Assembly (NCBI GenBank): GCA_029941785.1
Contig: JAPYTK010000004.1
Coordinates: 1,450 to 65,449, forward strand
Source: Polyangiaceae bacterium
Lineage (GTDB): Bacteria > Myxococcota_A > Polyangia > Polyangiales > Polyangiaceae
Length of the DNA: 64,000 nucleotides
Direction of reading: 5' to 3'
How positions within the stretch are numbered: position 1 is the stretch's first letter; each line of letters starts with the position of its first letter. The position numbers were made by a program, and so were the translations under genes. The notes under the pieces were generated by a model, which saw nothing but the letters and a program-made list of their open reading frames with translations, was not told the origin of the DNA and did no database searches. Of this stretch, positions 61,274 through 64,000 are shown in pieces.

Positions 61274-62829
61274 GTAAGCTCGACATGCTGCGCACCCCGC
61301 GGGACCCGCACGCAGGAGTGAAGCGCTTCGCGGATTATGGAGACGAGATACGGGACCGGTGCGAGGTGCTCGTCGTGGGGTCAGGTCCCGGCGGCGCAGT
61401 CGTCGCCAAGGAGTTGGCAGAGGCTGGACGCGATGTGATCTTGCTCGAGGAGGGGCCGCCGTTTGGCGAGAAGGACTTCAAGCCAGAGGCCGGGCACGCC
61501 ATGCAGCGGGTGCTTCGAGAAGGGCCCTCTCGGGCCGCGCGCGGAAACCTCATCACGCCAACCATGCAAGCGATCGCCCTCGGCGGCGGCTCGCTGATCA
61601 ACTCGGCGATCTGTTGCCGCCCGCCCGACTGGGTGTTCGACAAATGGGCCGAGCGGACCGGCATCGAGGGGGTCGATCGTGCAAGCCTGGATCCCCACTT
61701 TGAACGCGTCGAAGCCCAGCTCGGGGTGAGTCCTACGCCCGACGAGGTGCAAGGCGAACGCAATCGTCGGTTCAAGGTCGGATGTGATGCCCTGGGGATC
61801 TCGTGCGAGCCCATCTGGAGAAACGTCCGCGGCTGTCGTGGCTCGGGCGAGTGCTTCACGGGCTGCCGCAACGGCGCCAAGAAGTCGACGGACGTCTCCT
61901 ATGTACCGGCCGCCATGCGGGCAGGCGCACGCGTTTACACGAGCGTTCGGGCCGAGCACGTCATCACCGACGGACGACGCGCGACCGGCATGCGGGGACG
62001 AATCGTCGAGCCGTTTACCAACGCAGAGCACGGGACGGTGCACATCGATGCGGACTGCGTCGTGCTGGCGGCAGGTTGCATGGCCACCCCGCTCATCTTG
62101 CTCCGGAGCGGCATCGCCAACTCGAGCGGCTACGTCGGTCAAGACCTGCGATTTCACCCGGGCCTGGCGGTGATGGCCTTCTTCGAGGAGCCCATCGATC
62201 CATGGAAAGGCGCGACTCAGGGCTACCACTCTCTCGAGTATCTCGAAGAAGGTCTGAAGCTGGAGGTGCTGTGGTCGCCGCCGTCCGTCCTCGCCGCCAG
62301 GCTGCCCGGCTTCGGCCATAGCTACCAAGAGCACCTCTTGTCCTATGAGCGGCTCGCCCCCTTCGACGTGATCTGCGCGGCGGACCACTCCTCGGGATAC
62401 GTCAAACCCAAACGCAAGGGCTGGGACCCGGACATCCACTGGAACTTCGATCAACGGGACGTCGACTTGATGCAGAAAGGGCTCGGCATCCTGTCAGACA
62501 TCTGTTGGGCGGCCGGAGCGGAGGCGATCTTGCCAGGACTCCATGGCATACCCGAAGTGATCCGCAGCAAGGAGGCAGCGGAGAGCATCCGCACCACCGA
62601 TCTACGCGCGAATCACACCATCTCGGCGGCCAATCACGCCTTCTGCACGACGCGCATGTCGAAGGACCCCAAGCGAGGCGTCGTCGATAGTCACGGTCGC
62701 TGCCACGATCTCGACAACGTCTACGTTTCGGACACTGGCAACTTTGCCGCCAGCCCTGGCGTCAACCCGATGCTGCTGTGCATGGCCCTCGCGGATCGAA
62801 TCGCTCACGGCATCGCCGACCGCTGGTAA
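61270..62829 (+). CDS. GMC-family FAD-dependent oxidoreductase
   Basis: VLVVGSGPGGAVVAKELAEAGRDVILLEEG Rossmann motif, GGGSLINSA, and a C-terminal NVYVSDTGNFAASPGVNPML block. Confidence 0.85.
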   Translation: MSKLDMLRTPRDPHAGVKRFADYGDEIRDRCEVLVVGSGPGGAVVAKELAEAGRDVILLEEGPPFGEKDFKPEAGHAMQRVLREGPSRAARGNLITPTMQAIALGGGSLINSAICCRPPDWVFDKWAERTGIEGVDRASLDPHFERVEAQLGVSPTPDEVQGERNRRFKVGCDALGISCEPIWRNVRGCRGSGECFTGCRNGAKKSTDVSYVPAAMRAGARVYTSVRAEHVITDGRRATGMRGRIVEPFTNAEHGTVHIDADCVVLAAGCMATPLILLRSGIANSSGYVGQDLRFHPGLAVMAFFEEPIDPWKGATQGYHSLEYLEEGLKLEVLWSPPSVLAARLPGFGHSYQEHLLSYERLAPFDVICAADHSSGYVKPKRKGWDPDIHWNFDQRDVDLMQKGLGILSDICWAAGAEAILPGLHGIPEVIRSKEAAESIRTTDLRANHTISAANHAFCTTRMSKDPKRGVVDSHGRCHDLDNVYVSDTGNFAASPGVNPMLLCMALADRIAHGIADRW

Positions 62830-62849
62830 CGCTCGCCGCTCGCAGGTTC

Positions 62850-63719
62850 TCACTTCGGATCGGAGTTGCCGCAATCCACGAAGGACAAGCTGGTGTCGAT
62901 GCGGAAGTTGGACTGCGTCGTGTGACGCTCGGCAAAAAAGAAATCGAGCGCGTAGATCTCGTCGAGCTTCAGCCCGAATTCGGCCGCCTTGTCATCGAGA
63001 GCCACCTCTTGAGTCATCGCGCCGTGGACACCACCAAGATCGATCACCAAGTGCCCATTGATGAAGGTGAACAGATCGTCATCGCCCGTAAACTTGAAGG
63101 TCTCGCCTCCTTGGTAGCGAAACTTGGTTCGTAGCTCGAACGTGAAGTGGAAATTGTGGGGGTTCCCCTCTTCGCCAAAGCCCTGGCCGTCGATGGGAAA
63201 GAAGGAGTTGTTCTCGTAGCTGTAGACATCCCCCTGACCCGATGGCTGCAAGACGAGTTGGAATGCGAGCGCTTGGTTGACTCCCGGCACATCGCGGTAC
63301 CACTGATCGAAGGCCTCTTGGCCGTGGGTGGTAGGCGTGTTCGGCATGCCCGCATAGACCGGCTTGCCGTCTGCCCCCAAGAGCGGCTCGACGATGCCAG
63401 GATCGACACCAAGCTGAGCCTCAAAATCTGGATGGCTCGCATGAAAGTCACGGATGACTCCGAGCAATTCCGTGCCGCAGGGCTCGCCACCGCCATCGCT
63501 GCCTCCTGCAGCCATGCTCGAGCTGAAGGTACCTCCACCCACGCCCGAGCCACCCACGCCAAACGAGCCGCCCGTGCCCTGCGCCGCGGAGCCTCCTGCA
63601 CCGGCCCCTGTCGCGGTAGGCACGGTAAACACCTTCGAGCGGTCTGTCGCCGTGCACGCCGCTACGCTCAAGAGCGCGGCGGCCAACCCAACAAGGCATC
63701 GTGTCTCACGGCATGGCAT
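62850..63719 (-). CDS. Fibro-slime (PA14-related) domain lipoprotein
   Basis: Lipobox LLSVAAC, a Gly-rich linker, GVIRDFHASHPDFE, and FFPIDGQGFG...NFHFTFELRTKFRYQGGETFKFTGDDDLFTFINGHLVIDLGGVH. Confidence 0.7.
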   Translation of the reverse strand: MPCRETRCLVGLAAALLSVAACTATDRSKVFTVPTATGAGAGGSAAQGTGGSFGVGGSGVGGGTFSSSMAAGGSDGGGEPCGTELLGVIRDFHASHPDFEAQLGVDPGIVEPLLGADGKPVYAGMPNTPTTHGQEAFDQWYRDVPGVNQALAFQLVLQPSGQGDVYSYENNSFFPIDGQGFGEEGNPHNFHFTFELRTKFRYQGGETFKFTGDDDLFTFINGHLVIDLGGVHGAMTQEVALDDKAAEFGLKLDEIYALDFFFAERHTTQSNFRIDTSLSFVDCGNSDPK

Positions 63720-63767
63720 CGTGTTTAAGTTAGCAGCTGTCGTGGATGAGTTCAAAACCGTGCATGT

Positions 63768-63998
63768 TCAGCCGGTCGGCGGCACTTCCGCCTCCTTTTC
63801 ACACCGCAACATGCCCCGCGCCTTGTCCACGACGCGCAGGACCGCATCGGATAGTGCGTAGCGCTCGAGATCGTCGAGTGGCACGAAACATGCCTCTTTG
63901 GCATCATCTCCGGCGCGAAGCATCGCGGGCGCACAGTCTGCTCTTAGCGAACACAGGTGATCGAGGACCCGGTAATGCCCTTCACCCTCGTGGACCTC
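63768..63998 (-). CDS. NUDIX-hydrolase-like protein, C-terminal fragment (5' end outside the window)
   Basis: Manual translation ...EVHEGEGHYRVLDHLCSLRADCAPAMLRAGDDAKEACFVPLDDLERYALSDAVLRVVDKARGML... resembles the C-terminal part of NUDIX proteins. Weak. Confidence 0.35.
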   Translation of the reverse strand, partial: EVHEGEGHYRVLDHLCSLRADCAPAMLRAGDDAKEACFVPLDDLERYALSDAVLRVVDKARGMLRCEKEAEVPPTG

Positions 63999-64000
63999 TA

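Noticed and set aside
1-64000. Search for CRISPR arrays, transposases, integrases, phage genes, toxin-antitoxin pairs or known defence-system ATPases/nucleases
   Set aside because: None was recognised. All tandem repeats are short, in frame and coding. No ORF shows DDE, tyrosine-recombinase or HNH/PD-(D/E)xK hallmarks that I could see.

Overview
GC-rich bacterial chromosomal segment (G/C-dominated third codon positions) with about 60 protein genes. No rRNA, tRNA, CRISPR array or mobile element was recognised. The gene content suggests a Myxococcota-like (deltaproteobacterial) lineage: an eukaryote-like Ser/Thr kinase, a PP2C phosphatase, an FHA-domain sigma-54 activator, a fibro-slime protein and many Cys-rich lipoproteins. 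Taxonomy cannot be proven from this window.

Main blocks:
1. 1-8.8 kb: translationally coupled flagellar type III export operon, fliN(partial)-fliOPQR-flhB-flhA-flhF-fliA-flgF, with no flhG.
2. 8.8-20.7 kb: Ser/Thr kinase, a five-gene putative lipid-tailoring cluster, a lipoprotein and an FHA sigma-54 activator.
3. 20.8-27.3 kb: second flagellar locus (flgJ-like, fliC, fliD, fliS, fliT-like) with sigma-54 promoter candidates. Next to it lie a regulatory-domain-less sigma-54 activator and an atypical orphan receiver.
4. 29.4-36.4 kb: nuoABCD-GHI, lacking nuoEF and nuoJ-N, with an insertion-bearing NuoH.
5. 39-44 kb: uncharacterised envelope module (TlpA-like reductase, DUF4266, TPR-DUF3570 barrel and CXXCH lipoproteins).
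6. 44-47 kb: serine-palmitoyltransferase-like gene coupled to skp and fabZ.
7. 47-64 kb: NtrC-like regulator, MBOAT/SGNH pair, gshB/ggt, pgsA, a GlpT-like MFS transporter, a GntR-GMC oxidoreductase operon, a fibro-slime protein and a partial NUDIX gene.

The best candidates for undescribed biology are the 39-44 kb envelope module, the 11-17 kb lipid-like cluster, and the sigma-54 control region with its minimal activator at 24.9-27.3 kb. All product calls come from motif recognition by eye, not from database searches.
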